A stretch of DNA of 64,000 nt from an uncultured bacterium (GTDB lineage: Bacteria; Babelota; Babeliae; Babelales; Vermiphilaceae), in contig OY970212.1 in NCBI GenBank assembly GCA_963713925.1, positions 1,254,722 to 1,318,721 of the forward strand, written 5' to 3'. The stretch's first letter is position 1, and the number at the start of each line of letters is the position of its first letter. The position numbers were made by a program, and so were the translations under genes. Below, piece by piece: positions 28,534 through 38,660 of this stretch. Below the pieces are notes generated by a model. The model had not been told where the DNA came from, searched no databases, and was given only the letters and a program-made list of their open reading frames with translations.

Positions 28534-29607
28534 ATGGAAAAACGAACCTTTTTTTCATATAGCTCTCTTTTCGTGATCAGTCTGTTTTGGATTGCAGTGT
28601 TTGCACTGTTTTTATACACGCCGGCAGCCATTCGTTATTTGTATCCGGAACGATCATTAACGATCTTCACCTGGCCCGCTATTTTGGATCCCCATTATTT
28701 GCGCAAATTTGAACAAGAAACGGGCATTAAGCTTTATATCAGTTATTATGAGAGTAATCAGGAAATGTTTAGCAAGGTGCATGCGACAGGTGGAACTGGA
28801 TACGACATCATTTTACCTTCTGATTACACCGTTGAGCTGTTGATAAAAGATGGTTTATTGCAAAAGCTCGATCACGCAAAATTGCCTTTTTTTTCAGAGC
28901 TCAATCATAATTTGCTTGATAAATATTTCGATCCGGGTAATCACTATTCGTTGCCTTATCTATGGGGTATGTATGGAATTGCTATCAATTGGAATTATTT
29001 TAAAGATACACCACTGGGAACAATAAATTGGAAAACTATTTTTGAGCAAAACCCATACGGAGTCAAAATCGGTATGACCGATGAGTCTCGCGAAGCAATT
29101 CTCCTTGCGTCATTTTACTTATTTAAAACAATTGATATCGCCAATGATCCTCAAAAAATTGAGCAGGTTAAAGAGCTGCTCATCAAACAAAAACAATGGG
29201 TTGAAGCATACACAGAATCTCGATCGGAATATTTACTCTTGTCTGAAAGCGCACCACTGGCAGTAGCGTTTAGCCCGGACATCTATAAAGTAAAAAAAGA
29301 ACATCCCTATCTTGATATTAAGATTCCGGAAGAAGGCAGCTTTGTGCTTATTGATTCAATTGTGATTCCAAAAGCAACTGATAAGACGGATATGATTTAT
29401 CAGTTCATTAATTTCTTATATCGCGAAGATGTGTTAACTCACCACAGCGAAAAATTCGGCTTTTGCTCTCCGATGTATTCTTCAAAAAATCACATGCCTG
29501 AAGATTTTTGCCCGACTGATGAACAATTTGCCAAGCTTCGTTTTTTTGAAAATGTGCTTCCCCAAGATTTGGTAAATGAGATCTGGGTTGCTGTGATGAG
29601 TAGGTAA
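28534..29607 (+). CDS. potD: Spermidine/putrescine-binding protein
   Basis: FEQETGIK, YESNQEM, YDIILPSDY, DPGNHYSLPYLWG, IPEEG. Confidence 0.9.
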   Translation: MEKRTFFSYSSLFVISLFWIAVFALFLYTPAAIRYLYPERSLTIFTWPAILDPHYLRKFEQETGIKLYISYYESNQEMFSKVHATGGTGYDIILPSDYTVELLIKDGLLQKLDHAKLPFFSELNHNLLDKYFDPGNHYSLPYLWGMYGIAINWNYFKDTPLGTINWKTIFEQNPYGVKIGMTDESREAILLASFYLFKTIDIANDPQKIEQVKELLIKQKQWVEAYTESRSEYLLLSESAPLAVAFSPDIYKVKKEHPYLDIKIPEEGSFVLIDSIVIPKATDKTDMIYQFINFLYREDVLTHHSEKFGFCSPMYSSKNHMPEDFCPTDEQFAKLRFFENVLPQDLVNEIWVAVMSR

Positions 29608-29733
29608 TTTTGCATATACAATTCTTGGTTAGTATCAAATTTTAATGAATTGAGTTGCAGTATACTTATTGGAAGTTATTCGACGTAGTTTGTTTGAATC
29701 ACATTCTTTTTCGATTCAAAAAACCAAAAAGGA

Positions 29734-29985
29734 ATGGCTAGATATAGTAATAAATACAACTTTTATAGCCCCAATTTTATTCGAAAGATCAATATGCTTA
29801 ATCAAAATCAAATCGACAACGACAGAGTAACCAGCATTCGAATCATGTTAAATCTTGCTCCCATTCGAGGACATTTATTATCAGATAAGGAAATTTTGGA
29901 AGCTGATAAAATGGTTATGCTCAAAAGACCTGCAACTAATGAAGAATACGTAAAAGAATTTATTGCAAATCAATCGACAAGATAA
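29734..29985 (+). CDS. Small hypothetical protein
   Basis: 83-aa ORF after AAAGGA; no motif recognised. Confidence 0.4.
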   Translation: MARYSNKYNFYSPNFIRKINMLNQNQIDNDRVTSIRIMLNLAPIRGHLLSDKEILEADKMVMLKRPATNEEYVKEFIANQSTR

Positions 29986-30134
29986 ATAACCATTGAAATC
30001 AAATAAATGGCTGGTTAGTTCTATCAAATTTTGGGTCATCATAAAGGTTCTACATTGGCTTTGAGATAGTCATCTCTTTCATAATACAGTAAAATAGTAT
30101 TTAATTTTCATAGCCTTGAATGTAAGAGAAAATT

Positions 30135-32060
30135 ATGCACAATACCTCAAAATTTTATGTCACAACCCCCATTTACTATGTAACGGCTAAGCCGCATCTG
30201 GGCTCGCTCTATTCAACTTTGATCGCAGATGTACTTGCTCGATGGAACAAGCTCTCCGGCAAAGATGTTTTCTTTTTAACCGGCACTGATGAGCATGGGC
30301 AAAAAATTGCTCAGGCGGCACAAAAGGTAAGCCAAGAACCAAAAGCATTTGTGGACAGCTTCATCCCTGCTTACAAAGAAGCGTGGAAAAAGTATGAGAT
30401 TGATTATTCCTATTTCATTCGCACGACTGATCAAAATCATATTGAAGCGGTTCAAAAATGGCTGAAAGATATGCAAAAGCGGGGCGATGTCTATAAATCA
30501 GTCTATTCGGGTTGGTATTGCACACCCGACGAAGCATTTTTGACTGAAAAAGAAGTACAAGAGCAAGCAAAAAAGGTGCCTTCATGCCCAAATTGCTCAC
30601 GGGATACAACCTACATTTCTGAAGAGACTTATTTTTTCAAACTTTCTGCCTACCAAAACAGACTTCTTGCTTTTTATGAACAACACCCGGATTTTATACA
30701 ACCGCGCGAGCGCATGGCTGAAGTGGTCAACTTTGTAAAATCAGGGTTGAAAGATCTCAGCATTTCTCGCACCACTATTAGCTGGGGGATTCCTTTTGTT
30801 CATGATCCGACACACGTCGCCTACGTCTGGGCAGATGCGTTGGCAAACTATATTACCGCCATCGGATTCAACCAACCGGGCAGAGAGAAAGAATTTCACC
30901 ATTGGTGGCCCGCAGATGTACATGTCATGGGCAAAGACATTGTCCGCTTTCATGCCGTTTTCTGGCCGGCATTTTTGATGGCTTCTGACTTACCTTTACC
31001 AAAAACGTTGCTTGTCCATGGCTGGATTAAAGTCGGTGATCAAAAAATGTCAAAGTCGCTCGGCAATGCAGTTGATCCTCTTTTACTCGCAGACACCTAC
31101 GGCGTTGATGAAATTCGGTATTATCTCATGCGTTCGCTTGCAGTTACACATGATGGCGAATTTAGTATTGCCGATATTGAACAAAAAATTGGCTCAGAGC
31201 TTGCCAACGATTTAGGCAATTTGCTCAACCGCATGGTGTTGTTGGCAGAAAAATATGAAACAATGGCGGTCATGCCTCCGGCGCAATGGGATGTAGCTGC
31301 GCGCGAACTTCATGCAAAAGGACGTGAAGCAGTGTTTGAAGCTGGTGAACATATGAATCAGTATATGATTCACTTAGCCATTGCGCGCATTTGGCAATAC
31401 ATCAATCAGGTAAATGCCTATTTTCATGCCAATGAGCCGTGGAAACTGGCGAAAGCAAATCCGGAACAATTTAAAGCCGTGTTGTCTGCAGCTGCGCATG
31501 CATTACGCACCATTGCGGTGCTCACAAGCCCGATAATGCCGGAAAAAATGAAAGCATTACTTGAAAGTTTGGGCATTACATTCAAAGAAAAAGATTCATT
31601 GGAGCGTTTAAATCTTGATCAATGGAATCAAACTTTCAGCTTCAAACGTATTAATGTGTTATTCACTCGACCTGAGAAAAGTTTAGAAAGTGAAAAAAAT
31701 ATGCAAGAACAACAAACACCACCAGCGGCTCCTACCGTTACCATTGATGATTTTATGAAGGTTGAGCTGCGCGTTGGAATGATAGAAAAAGCTGAGTTTG
31801 TAGAGAAATCTGATAAATTGCTCAAGCTTCAAGTGAACTTCGGCGAGCATGGCATGCGCCAGGTTTTTTCTGGCATTCGCAAATATTACATGCCGGAACA
31901 ATTGATTGGCAAGCAAGGCACCTTTGTCTTCAATTTAGCTCCGCGCAAAATGATGGGCGAAGAATCGCAAGGCATGATGCTTTTTGCTCAGGATGCGGGC
32001 GGTGAATTGCAAATCGTTGCGCCGGCGTTGTTGGTGCCAAATGGAACACAGTTAAAATGA
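30135..32060 (+). CDS. metG: Methionine-tRNA ligase with C-terminal tRNA-binding domain
   Basis: YVTTPIYY, HLGS (HIGH-type), GTDEHG, YVWADAL, KMSKS, C-terminal OB domain. Confidence 0.97.
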   Translation: MHNTSKFYVTTPIYYVTAKPHLGSLYSTLIADVLARWNKLSGKDVFFLTGTDEHGQKIAQAAQKVSQEPKAFVDSFIPAYKEAWKKYEIDYSYFIRTTDQNHIEAVQKWLKDMQKRGDVYKSVYSGWYCTPDEAFLTEKEVQEQAKKVPSCPNCSRDTTYISEETYFFKLSAYQNRLLAFYEQHPDFIQPRERMAEVVNFVKSGLKDLSISRTTISWGIPFVHDPTHVAYVWADALANYITAIGFNQPGREKEFHHWWPADVHVMGKDIVRFHAVFWPAFLMASDLPLPKTLLVHGWIKVGDQKMSKSLGNAVDPLLLADTYGVDEIRYYLMRSLAVTHDGEFSIADIEQKIGSELANDLGNLLNRMVLLAEKYETMAVMPPAQWDVAARELHAKGREAVFEAGEHMNQYMIHLAIARIWQYINQVNAYFHANEPWKLAKANPEQFKAVLSAAAHALRTIAVLTSPIMPEKMKALLESLGITFKEKDSLERLNLDQWNQTFSFKRINVLFTRPEKSLESEKNMQEQQTPPAAPTVTIDDFMKVELRVGMIEKAEFVEKSDKLLKLQVNFGEHGMRQVFSGIRKYYMPEQLIGKQGTFVFNLAPRKMMGEESQGMMLFAQDAGGELQIVAPALLVPNGTQLK

Positions 32061-32099
32061 AAATTGTTTTTAAGAAAATTTGATCATGGAGGATAAAAT

Positions 32100-32360
32100 A
32101 TGAACGAATCGACGAAGATATCAATCTTTAACGAGAAACAAATTCGCAAAATACTTTTTGAAGGTGAATGGTATTTTTCAGTCGTAGATATATGTTCCGT
32201 TTTGATAGAAAGTCCTGATTCAGGTGCATACTGGAGAAAGCTAAAACAGCGATTGGTGGCTGAGGGAAGTGAGGTCGTGACATTTTTCTCGTATAAAATG
32301 TATCATTATTATTACAAACGATATTTAGATAAAAATGGTTATATCGTTGATTTGTTATAA
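32100..32360 (+). pseudogene. Truncated BRO-N family protein
   Basis: IRK...EWYFSVVD...YWRKLKQRL matches the N-terminus of 33564..34388; similarity is lost after EVVTF (~32285). Confidence 0.7.
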
Positions 32361-32412
32361 AAACATGATACATTTTTGTTGTGTGTTTTATAAAATTATT
32401 TAAAGGAATAGT

Positions 32413-33006
32413 ATGACAACAATACACGATAACAAATTAAATCGCTTAATTAATCATGAAGAAGCGTTAGAACAACTAAACCAAGCTTTAATGCATTTCG
32501 AAAAAGAAGACTTTCTTTTTACTCTACATAATATTGCAATCGCACAAGGCATTGCACAATTAGCAAAAAAAACAGGTTTAACTCGAGAGGGACTATATAA
32601 AATATTACAACCTTCGGGTAATCCCAAATTAAGCGTTCTGCTGCCAATTATGAAAGCAATGGGATTTGGTCTACAGACAATTTCTAAACGAAGTTTTCTC
32701 GAAGAAAAACAATTATTTCGAGCAATACGCTTGAATTCCCTTGCTCAAACATATCCTGCAGTCGCATTTCATTGGCATCCTTATAAAAATTCTGAATTAA
32801 CTGCAAATGATGTTACGGCAGGTAGCAGAAAAAAAATTTGGTGGCAATGTTTTGATTCAAACAACAATCCATTTCATGAATGGGAAGCTACTCCCATAAG
32901 TTTAATTAAAGAAATCAAAACTAACTTCTTAAAAGGCAATACTTTTACACAGGAAGCTTTTGAAAAGCAATTGAAAAAAATTTGTCCGCATTGTTCTTGT
33001 TTTTAG
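32413..33006 (+). CDS. Addiction-module antidote HTH fused to a zinc-ribbon-type domain
   Basis: IAQLAKKTGLTREGLYKILQPSGNPKL HTH; SLAQTYP...WHPYKN...GSRKKIWWQC...HEW...CPHC (DUF4379-like). Confidence 0.75.
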   Translation: MTTIHDNKLNRLINHEEALEQLNQALMHFEKEDFLFTLHNIAIAQGIAQLAKKTGLTREGLYKILQPSGNPKLSVLLPIMKAMGFGLQTISKRSFLEEKQLFRAIRLNSLAQTYPAVAFHWHPYKNSELTANDVTAGSRKKIWWQCFDSNNNPFHEWEATPISLIKEIKTNFLKGNTFTQEAFEKQLKKICPHCSCF

Positions 33007-33067
33007 CAGCCATAATGAAATGACAACCTTCTAAATATTTTATATCAAGCTCTGACTAAAACTTTGT

Positions 33068-33550
33068 TTGGGAAAAGAATTAGGAATAAATATGATTTGT
33101 AAATGCGGAAATTCTATATCCCCTACAGCCAATCTTTGTCGGTCATGTGATATCATAAGAAGAAAAAATGACCGTGGAACATTGGGAATGTCTGAAACAG
33201 CAATCTATAATCGATGGCATTTAATGTTACGTAGATGTAATAACCCCAATGATCCAAGATATTTTCAATATGGGGGTCGGGGAATAAAAGTATGTGAAAG
33301 ATGGCATAGATTTGAAAATTATTTTGCCGACTTGGGGGATGTCCCTTTTAAGGGGGCTGAGGTTGATAGAATTGACCCCGATGGCGATTATGAACCAAAT
33401 AATTGTCGCTGGATAAATAGAAAAGAAAACATGAAAAATACTCGTTGGAGTAAGAATAACCGCGATAAGTATATAATGGTTCGCAGGGATAAGCTATGTG
33501 AAGATTGCTATAAGAAAACTTTGACTACTAAAGTTGATACAGCGAATTAA
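33068..33550 (+). CDS. Phage-type HNH endonuclease with N-terminal zinc finger
   Basis: MLRRCNNP...YGGRGIKVCERW...VDRIDPDGDYEPNNCRW. Confidence 0.85.
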   Translation: MGKELGINMICKCGNSISPTANLCRSCDIIRRKNDRGTLGMSETAIYNRWHLMLRRCNNPNDPRYFQYGGRGIKVCERWHRFENYFADLGDVPFKGAEVDRIDPDGDYEPNNCRWINRKENMKNTRWSKNNRDKYIMVRRDKLCEDCYKKTLTTKVDTAN

Positions 33551-33563
33551 AAAGGAGGTGGAT

Positions 33564-34388
33564 ATGGCGGAAAATAAAATGGCACAGATTCCTTTTTTTC
33601 ATGAAAAATCAATTCGAAAGCTCTGGTTTAATAGTGAATGGTGGTTTTCCGTTATTGACGTTATTTCTTTCTTCGCGGATAGCGAAGATCCTATTAGATA
33701 TTGGGATAAAATGAAAATAGCAAAGGAAACTATCGACTTACGGCAGTTGAAACTAACAGCTCCGGACGGCAAGAAACGTGAAACTGACTGTGCCAATACG
33801 GCAGGTATATTTCGCATAATTCAATCAATCCCTTCCCCTAAAGCAGAACCGTTTAAATTATGGTTGGCAAAAATAGGTAAAGAACGTATTGATGAAATTG
33901 AAAATCCTGAATTGGGAATGGATCGGGTAAAAAGTCTTTACGAGAAAAAAGGCTATGATAAAGGATGGATTGATAAGCGCATGCGCGGCATATCTGTTCG
34001 TCATACTTTGACCGACGAATGGTCTCAAAGAGGTATTAAAAACCCATTGGATTTTGCAATATTAACCAATGAAATTTATCAAGGCTCATTTGATTTAAAA
34101 GTTCAAGAATATAAAAAGCACAAAGGGCTTGATCGAGAAAATTTACGCGACCATATGACCGATCTTGAACTTATCATTACAATGCTCGCTGAGGCGACAA
34201 CAACGCAGGTCTCTCAACAGAAAAATTCAAAGGGTTTCTCTGCATTGAAAAATGATGCGAAAATCGGAGGAGCAGTAGCCGGACGAACTCGTAAAGATAT
34301 CGAAAAACAGACCGGCAAAAAAATAGTCTCTACCGAAAATTTTTTACCCGAAATCCACACTAAAAATTTAAATGAATCGACCAAGTAA
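33564..34388 (+). CDS. BRO-N domain (phage antirepressor-like) protein
   Basis: WWFSVIDVI, DGKKRETDCA, RIIQSIPSPKAEPFKLWLA, NLRDHMTDLELI; GGAGG RBS. Confidence 0.88.
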   Translation: MAENKMAQIPFFHEKSIRKLWFNSEWWFSVIDVISFFADSEDPIRYWDKMKIAKETIDLRQLKLTAPDGKKRETDCANTAGIFRIIQSIPSPKAEPFKLWLAKIGKERIDEIENPELGMDRVKSLYEKKGYDKGWIDKRMRGISVRHTLTDEWSQRGIKNPLDFAILTNEIYQGSFDLKVQEYKKHKGLDRENLRDHMTDLELIITMLAEATTTQVSQQKNSKGFSALKNDAKIGGAVAGRTRKDIEKQTGKKIVSTENFLPEIHTKNLNESTK

Positions 34389-34397
34389 TATTCCCGT

Positions 34398-34895
34398 TCA
34401 TTTTTTCCTTTGATATCGTCCAATCAATTCTGTTTGCGCCAGGATATGTCCTTTCATTGAATCTATAAGTGAATCTTTGTTGACGCCGGCTTGAGGACTC
34501 AGCGTTGTATCGAGCGCATACAGCTTAAAATGATAATGATGTACGCCGCTTGGTGGGCACGGGCCGCCCCATGCTTGTTTTGAAAAATCATTGGTTCCAG
34601 CCGTATAAGCGTTTTTTATATCTTCAGCCAATGAATTCACCGCCGAGGGGATATTGAAGAGTATCCAATGCACAAAAACTTTTCCGGGAGCATCCGGGTC
34701 ATCAACGATAAGCGCGAAACTTTTGGTATGTTGCGGAACGCCAGACCAATGAAGCTCAGGCGAGATATTGGCACCATCGCAGGTGTATTTTGAGTCGATG
34801 AACCCATTATGTTTAAATGAGGCGCTTTCAAGCTTGAAGTTGTGTGCCATACAAAATCCTCCGTACAATAAGGCAAAAGCTATAATGTGCTTCAT
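34398..34895 (-). CDS. YbhB/YbcL (PEBP/RKIP-like) protein
   Basis: YTCDG.NISPEL.W, DDPDAP, HW, GPCPP...HHYHFKLYALD. Confidence 0.93.
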   Translation of the reverse strand: MKHIIAFALLYGGFCMAHNFKLESASFKHNGFIDSKYTCDGANISPELHWSGVPQHTKSFALIVDDPDAPGKVFVHWILFNIPSAVNSLAEDIKNAYTAGTNDFSKQAWGGPCPPSGVHHYHFKLYALDTTLSPQAGVNKDSLIDSMKGHILAQTELIGRYQRKK

Positions 34896-34943
34896 ATAAT
34901 CTCCACGATTAACATATACTTAGAATAGTTTGATCAGTTTTTT

Positions 34944-35432
34944 ATGCGGTGTGCAATGATTCAATATAATAAGATTTTTCTCAAACCTCTTTCCCGCGAA
35001 GACATTCCTGCATGTATGCAGCAATTTTCGCCGGCGGTGCAACAGGCATTGCATGTGCAATCGAGCGCAGCTGAACAAGAATATCTAGAAAGGCTTGCTG
35101 GGCTTCCATTTACTTGGGTTGTTAAAACCGATGATACAATCGTTGGCCTCATAGCTGTTCGTGATCGCGCAAACCATAAAAACCAAGGGCAATTATACAG
35201 CTGGATCAACGAAAACTATTGGGGTATGGGCGCGTATCAATCAGCGCTTGCTCAAGCAAGTGAAAACTATTTTGAGCAAACAAATGATCTTTATTATACC
35301 GCTCATGTCGATGTCGACAACATCCGCAGTTATAAAGCGCTTAAAAAAGCAGGATTTGCTGATTATGCAATTTCTGAAGGCGCACATGGAAAACAGTTTG
35401 AGCTGATTTTAAGAAACAAAAAAGGGTCCTAA
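34944..35432 (+). CDS. GNAT (RimJ/RimL-like) acetyltransferase
   Basis: YWGMG, VDVDNIRS...LKKAGF. Confidence 0.75.
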   Translation: MRCAMIQYNKIFLKPLSREDIPACMQQFSPAVQQALHVQSSAAEQEYLERLAGLPFTWVVKTDDTIVGLIAVRDRANHKNQGQLYSWINENYWGMGAYQSALAQASENYFEQTNDLYYTAHVDVDNIRSYKALKKAGFADYAISEGAHGKQFELILRNKKGS

Positions 35433-35450
35433 AAATGGACCCTTTTTTTT
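35419..35450. terminator. Bidirectional intrinsic terminator
   Basis: AAAAAGGGTCC-TAAAAAT-GGACCCTTTTTTTT between convergent genes. Confidence 0.8.
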
Positions 35451-35511
35451 ATGTTAGTTCGTAGACTACGGAACTTTTTAGAGCGTCTTGCCTGAGCTTC
35501 CGCTTTGTTTA

Positions 35512-35937
35512 TCAACCTTTTTGAAGTTGTTTGCCTTTTTGCTTGCTCAATCCATCGAATATTGCATTAATCGCGTTCCGAGCGTTTTCGATAGCAGTTG
35601 CAGTTTGTTTGATTTTCGGATCAGTTGAATTCTGAGCTTTTTTTAACAATTGATCCATTTTTTTGCCCAAAGCGTTTGTGAGGTTTTGAACAGTTGCCGA
35701 AGGATTGGCCGCTTTAGAGTTTTTCTCAGCATCTAATGCTCTTTGCAATTCACGTTGCGCTTTGTCGGTTTCTTCAGCAATTTGTTTGAGCGCTTGGTCT
35801 GTACTGCTACGTGCTTGGCTTATGAGTGTTTGCATTAATCCATCAAGCGATTGCATAAGACTGCCAAGCTTTTGTTCATCCGATGCCATAACAAACAATG
35901 GAGCTGCCATAAGTGTGGCTAACATTATTTTTTTCAT
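35512..35937 (-). CDS. Secreted alpha-helical protein with internal duplication
   Basis: Signal peptide; MQTLISQARSSTDQALKQIA versus MDQLLKKAQNSTDPKIKQTA. Confidence 0.7.
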   Translation of the reverse strand: MKKIMLATLMAAPLFVMASDEQKLGSLMQSLDGLMQTLISQARSSTDQALKQIAEETDKAQRELQRALDAEKNSKAANPSATVQNLTNALGKKMDQLLKKAQNSTDPKIKQTATAIENARNAINAIFDGLSKQKGKQLQKG

Positions 35938-36010
35938 ATGATCTCCTGTGTATCAAAAAGTAAAATACCAAAATCACAGTACGAAGAAATAGTATTGTAT
36001 TGCAATAGAT

Positions 36011-36376
36011 TCATTTCTTTCTTTTTATACCTGAATGAAATGGATCTTTTGGATTTGACAAGGTAAAAAGAGAGCGAGTGGCTTCAAGAACGATAGCATC
36101 GTCCGGATCAAGATTTTCAGCTTTTAACAATGTGTTAATTTCTACCGGTATTGGGTAAGTATGATGATAAGCTCTCCTGATCAGATGAACGATGACAATG
36201 CGTTGCTCCGGGTGGTTCATGATATCCTGCCACAAATTGTTTAATAATTGCTTTTTTTGCTCTAGAATCATTTCAGACCAAATTCCACGATCTGCGCATG
36301 TAATCTGCAATGGAACAGATAACAGTATTAAAAACATTCCTGAAACAATATACATTGTAAATGAACGTAATTTCAT
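36011..36376 (-). CDS. Hypothetical secreted protein
   Basis: GGGGGAG RBS before MKLR; hydrophobic N-terminus. Confidence 0.55.
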   Translation of the reverse strand: MKLRSFTMYIVSGMFLILLSVPLQITCADRGIWSEMILEQKKQLLNNLWQDIMNHPEQRIVIVHLIRRAYHHTYPIPVEINTLLKAENLDPDDAIVLEATRSLFTLSNPKDPFHSGIKRKK

Positions 36377-36476
36377 TTCTCCCCCTCTAATGGAAATGAA
36401 GTAGTCTCGTTTTTTTATTTGTAGTATACTCCGTCTCAACTTCTACAATATAGGTTTTATAAAAAAGGAACTTGTA

Positions 36477-38312
36477 ATGCGCCGTTTTTTGATAGCACTC
36501 GTGGGTTGCCTTATTGGCGCGCAATTGCATGCTGAGTGTGGTTGTGAGACAAAAAAAAATCCCGTTTTGAGTACCCCATTTTTGACAACTCGTTCTCAGG
36601 GGCAAGATTCTGCACGCTGGCTTGCCGGATGGGCACATAAAGTCAATCTCTACACCGATGATGATTGGTATAGCGCCTTTTCAGTCACTCCCGAATATAC
36701 ACAAACATTTGCCGGGCATGCAACCGCATGGGCTTTGTTTGGGGAGGATATTCAATGGAATTGCTTTGATCCCTTTATTTATGTTTCCGGCTCGACCGTG
36801 CATCCGCCGCGCGATCCTTTTCACGATTGGCTCGCCGATTATTTTGGTCTTCCGACTGATTTTGAAAGCCGCATCTCAATTAATCCTTCGGTAAAAAATT
36901 TTATTATCGATTTCAACTGGTATTGGGGACTCAATTTCTGCCATCCCGGTTTGTATTTTAACTTCTTCATGCCAATCGTGCACACTCGTTGGAATTTAGG
37001 ATTGTGTGAACGCATCATTAATCCGGGTACGCAGGGATACAATCAAGGCTATTTCACACCAGATGCAGTGCCACGGTCGCAATTATTGAATTCATTTTTA
37101 GAGTTTGCTGATGATCAACTCGCGCCAGAATTGGGAGATGGAGTTACCTTTTGCCCATTGAAAAATGCACGTTTGAGCAGAAAAACGTTATCAAAGACAG
37201 GCATCGCAGATTTGCATGGAGTGTTTGGCTGGAATTTCATACAAAATGAAGAATATCATGTCGGCCTGAATCTTCGTCTTGTCTATCCAACCGGCACACG
37301 ACCTCAAGGAATTCATGTATTTGAACCGATTGTTGGAAACGGCCACTTTTTTGAGCTCGGAGTGGGAGTCTCAACTCATGGGCTCATTTGGGTCGATGAG
37401 GAAAAAGGTCGTGAAGCGGGAGTCTATGTTGAAGCCTGGTGGACTCACATGTTTGGTACACAGCAACGTCGATTTTTTGATTTAAAGAATTCTGAAAATA
37501 GCCGCTACGAGCTCGTAAGTTTATTCACTGAGGATGTGCAAGGTGATTTAGGCTCAGTAGATACTCCGGCAGATGCTCAATTTAGCAACCTATACATGCC
37601 ACTTGCCAACGTCTCAACGCTTGAATGTCATGTGAGTGTGCCATGGCAAGCAGATCTAACGCTCATGCTCAACTATGCAGCATGTGATTTTGAATGGGAT
37701 GTTGGATTTAATTTTTGGAGCAAGCGTCCGGAACACATTCATATAGAGACCGACTTTTGCAACGATTTGATAACCACTCAATCATGGGGAGTGAAAGGCG
37801 ATAGTCAGATGTTTGGTTTTGTAGAAGGCACGAATGCTCCGATTGCGTTATCAGCAACCCAAACTCTTTCGACGGTGAATACCGGATTAAACCTCCAGGT
37901 ACCAAATTCGTTACTCAATCCTAGTATTGATAATGCGACGAAGGCTTATTCAGACGTTACTCCTATTTTAGATCTTCCCGGAGGAACACAAACCAACACT
38001 TCGATTCAACCGCGATTTATAAGAAACCGTAGCTTAGCCTTATGCCAATCAGCAACCCATGGTTTATCGTATGCGATGTTCACTCATCTGAGTTATACCT
38101 GGCAATGCAGCGATCGTTTAGAGACCTATTTTGGCGTTGGCGGCAAATACGAAATTGCCCCTGATGCTCCGATGCAAAATTGCCCATCGCTATGCACCAA
38201 CATTCCAAGCCTCGGGCCATCACCATGCGGCACCTGCGATGATGATACGCTCTTGCAATCCGGATTGTCACAATGGGGCGTGTGGATCAAAGGCGGCATT
38301 TGGTTTAATTAG
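36477..38312 (+). CDS. Large exported protein, probable outer-membrane beta-barrel
   Basis: Signal peptide, amphipathic aromatic strands, terminal WGVWIKGGIWFN; Cys-rich ends. Confidence 0.65.
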   Translation: MRRFLIALVGCLIGAQLHAECGCETKKNPVLSTPFLTTRSQGQDSARWLAGWAHKVNLYTDDDWYSAFSVTPEYTQTFAGHATAWALFGEDIQWNCFDPFIYVSGSTVHPPRDPFHDWLADYFGLPTDFESRISINPSVKNFIIDFNWYWGLNFCHPGLYFNFFMPIVHTRWNLGLCERIINPGTQGYNQGYFTPDAVPRSQLLNSFLEFADDQLAPELGDGVTFCPLKNARLSRKTLSKTGIADLHGVFGWNFIQNEEYHVGLNLRLVYPTGTRPQGIHVFEPIVGNGHFFELGVGVSTHGLIWVDEEKGREAGVYVEAWWTHMFGTQQRRFFDLKNSENSRYELVSLFTEDVQGDLGSVDTPADAQFSNLYMPLANVSTLECHVSVPWQADLTLMLNYAACDFEWDVGFNFWSKRPEHIHIETDFCNDLITTQSWGVKGDSQMFGFVEGTNAPIALSATQTLSTVNTGLNLQVPNSLLNPSIDNATKAYSDVTPILDLPGGTQTNTSIQPRFIRNRSLALCQSATHGLSYAMFTHLSYTWQCSDRLETYFGVGGKYEIAPDAPMQNCPSLCTNIPSLGPSPCGTCDDDTLLQSGLSQWGVWIKGGIWFN

Positions 38313-38379
38313 GTTCGGTTGAGCTTTTGAAAATATGAAAAAATAGAGTTGAAATAGATCAATTTTCTTTTTCCGTTTC

Positions 38380-38584
38380 ACCCATGCTGCGCACAGGACC
38401 CGACGTTCGTGGTGAGCGGAGTTGCGGGCCCCATGCGTAAAGCATGGGTAAGAATGCAACGAAGTCGAATCCATACGAAACGTTCACGTAACATGAATAA
38501 GAATAAATTTTTGATCAAAGTAACTTTTTCCGTTCGATATGGATTCGACTTCGCCGTAAATACGGCTACGCTCACCACGAACGG
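38380..38584. repeat. Inverted pair of family A repeats carrying nested smaller hairpins
   Basis: 38404-38482 (-) with GGGCCCCATGCGTAAAGCATGGGT insert; 38531-38584 (+) with GCCGTAAATACGGC insert. Confidence 0.8.
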
Positions 38585-38660
38585 GAAGTTGCTTCTTGCG
38601 ATACCAAAACGCGAAGCTGCAACGTTTTTCATCACAACAAAAAGTCATTATCCCATTTGA

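Noticed and set aside
32100..34388. A single BRO gene split by an insertion
   Set aside because: The downstream BRO gene has its own complete N-terminus, so these are two separate copies.
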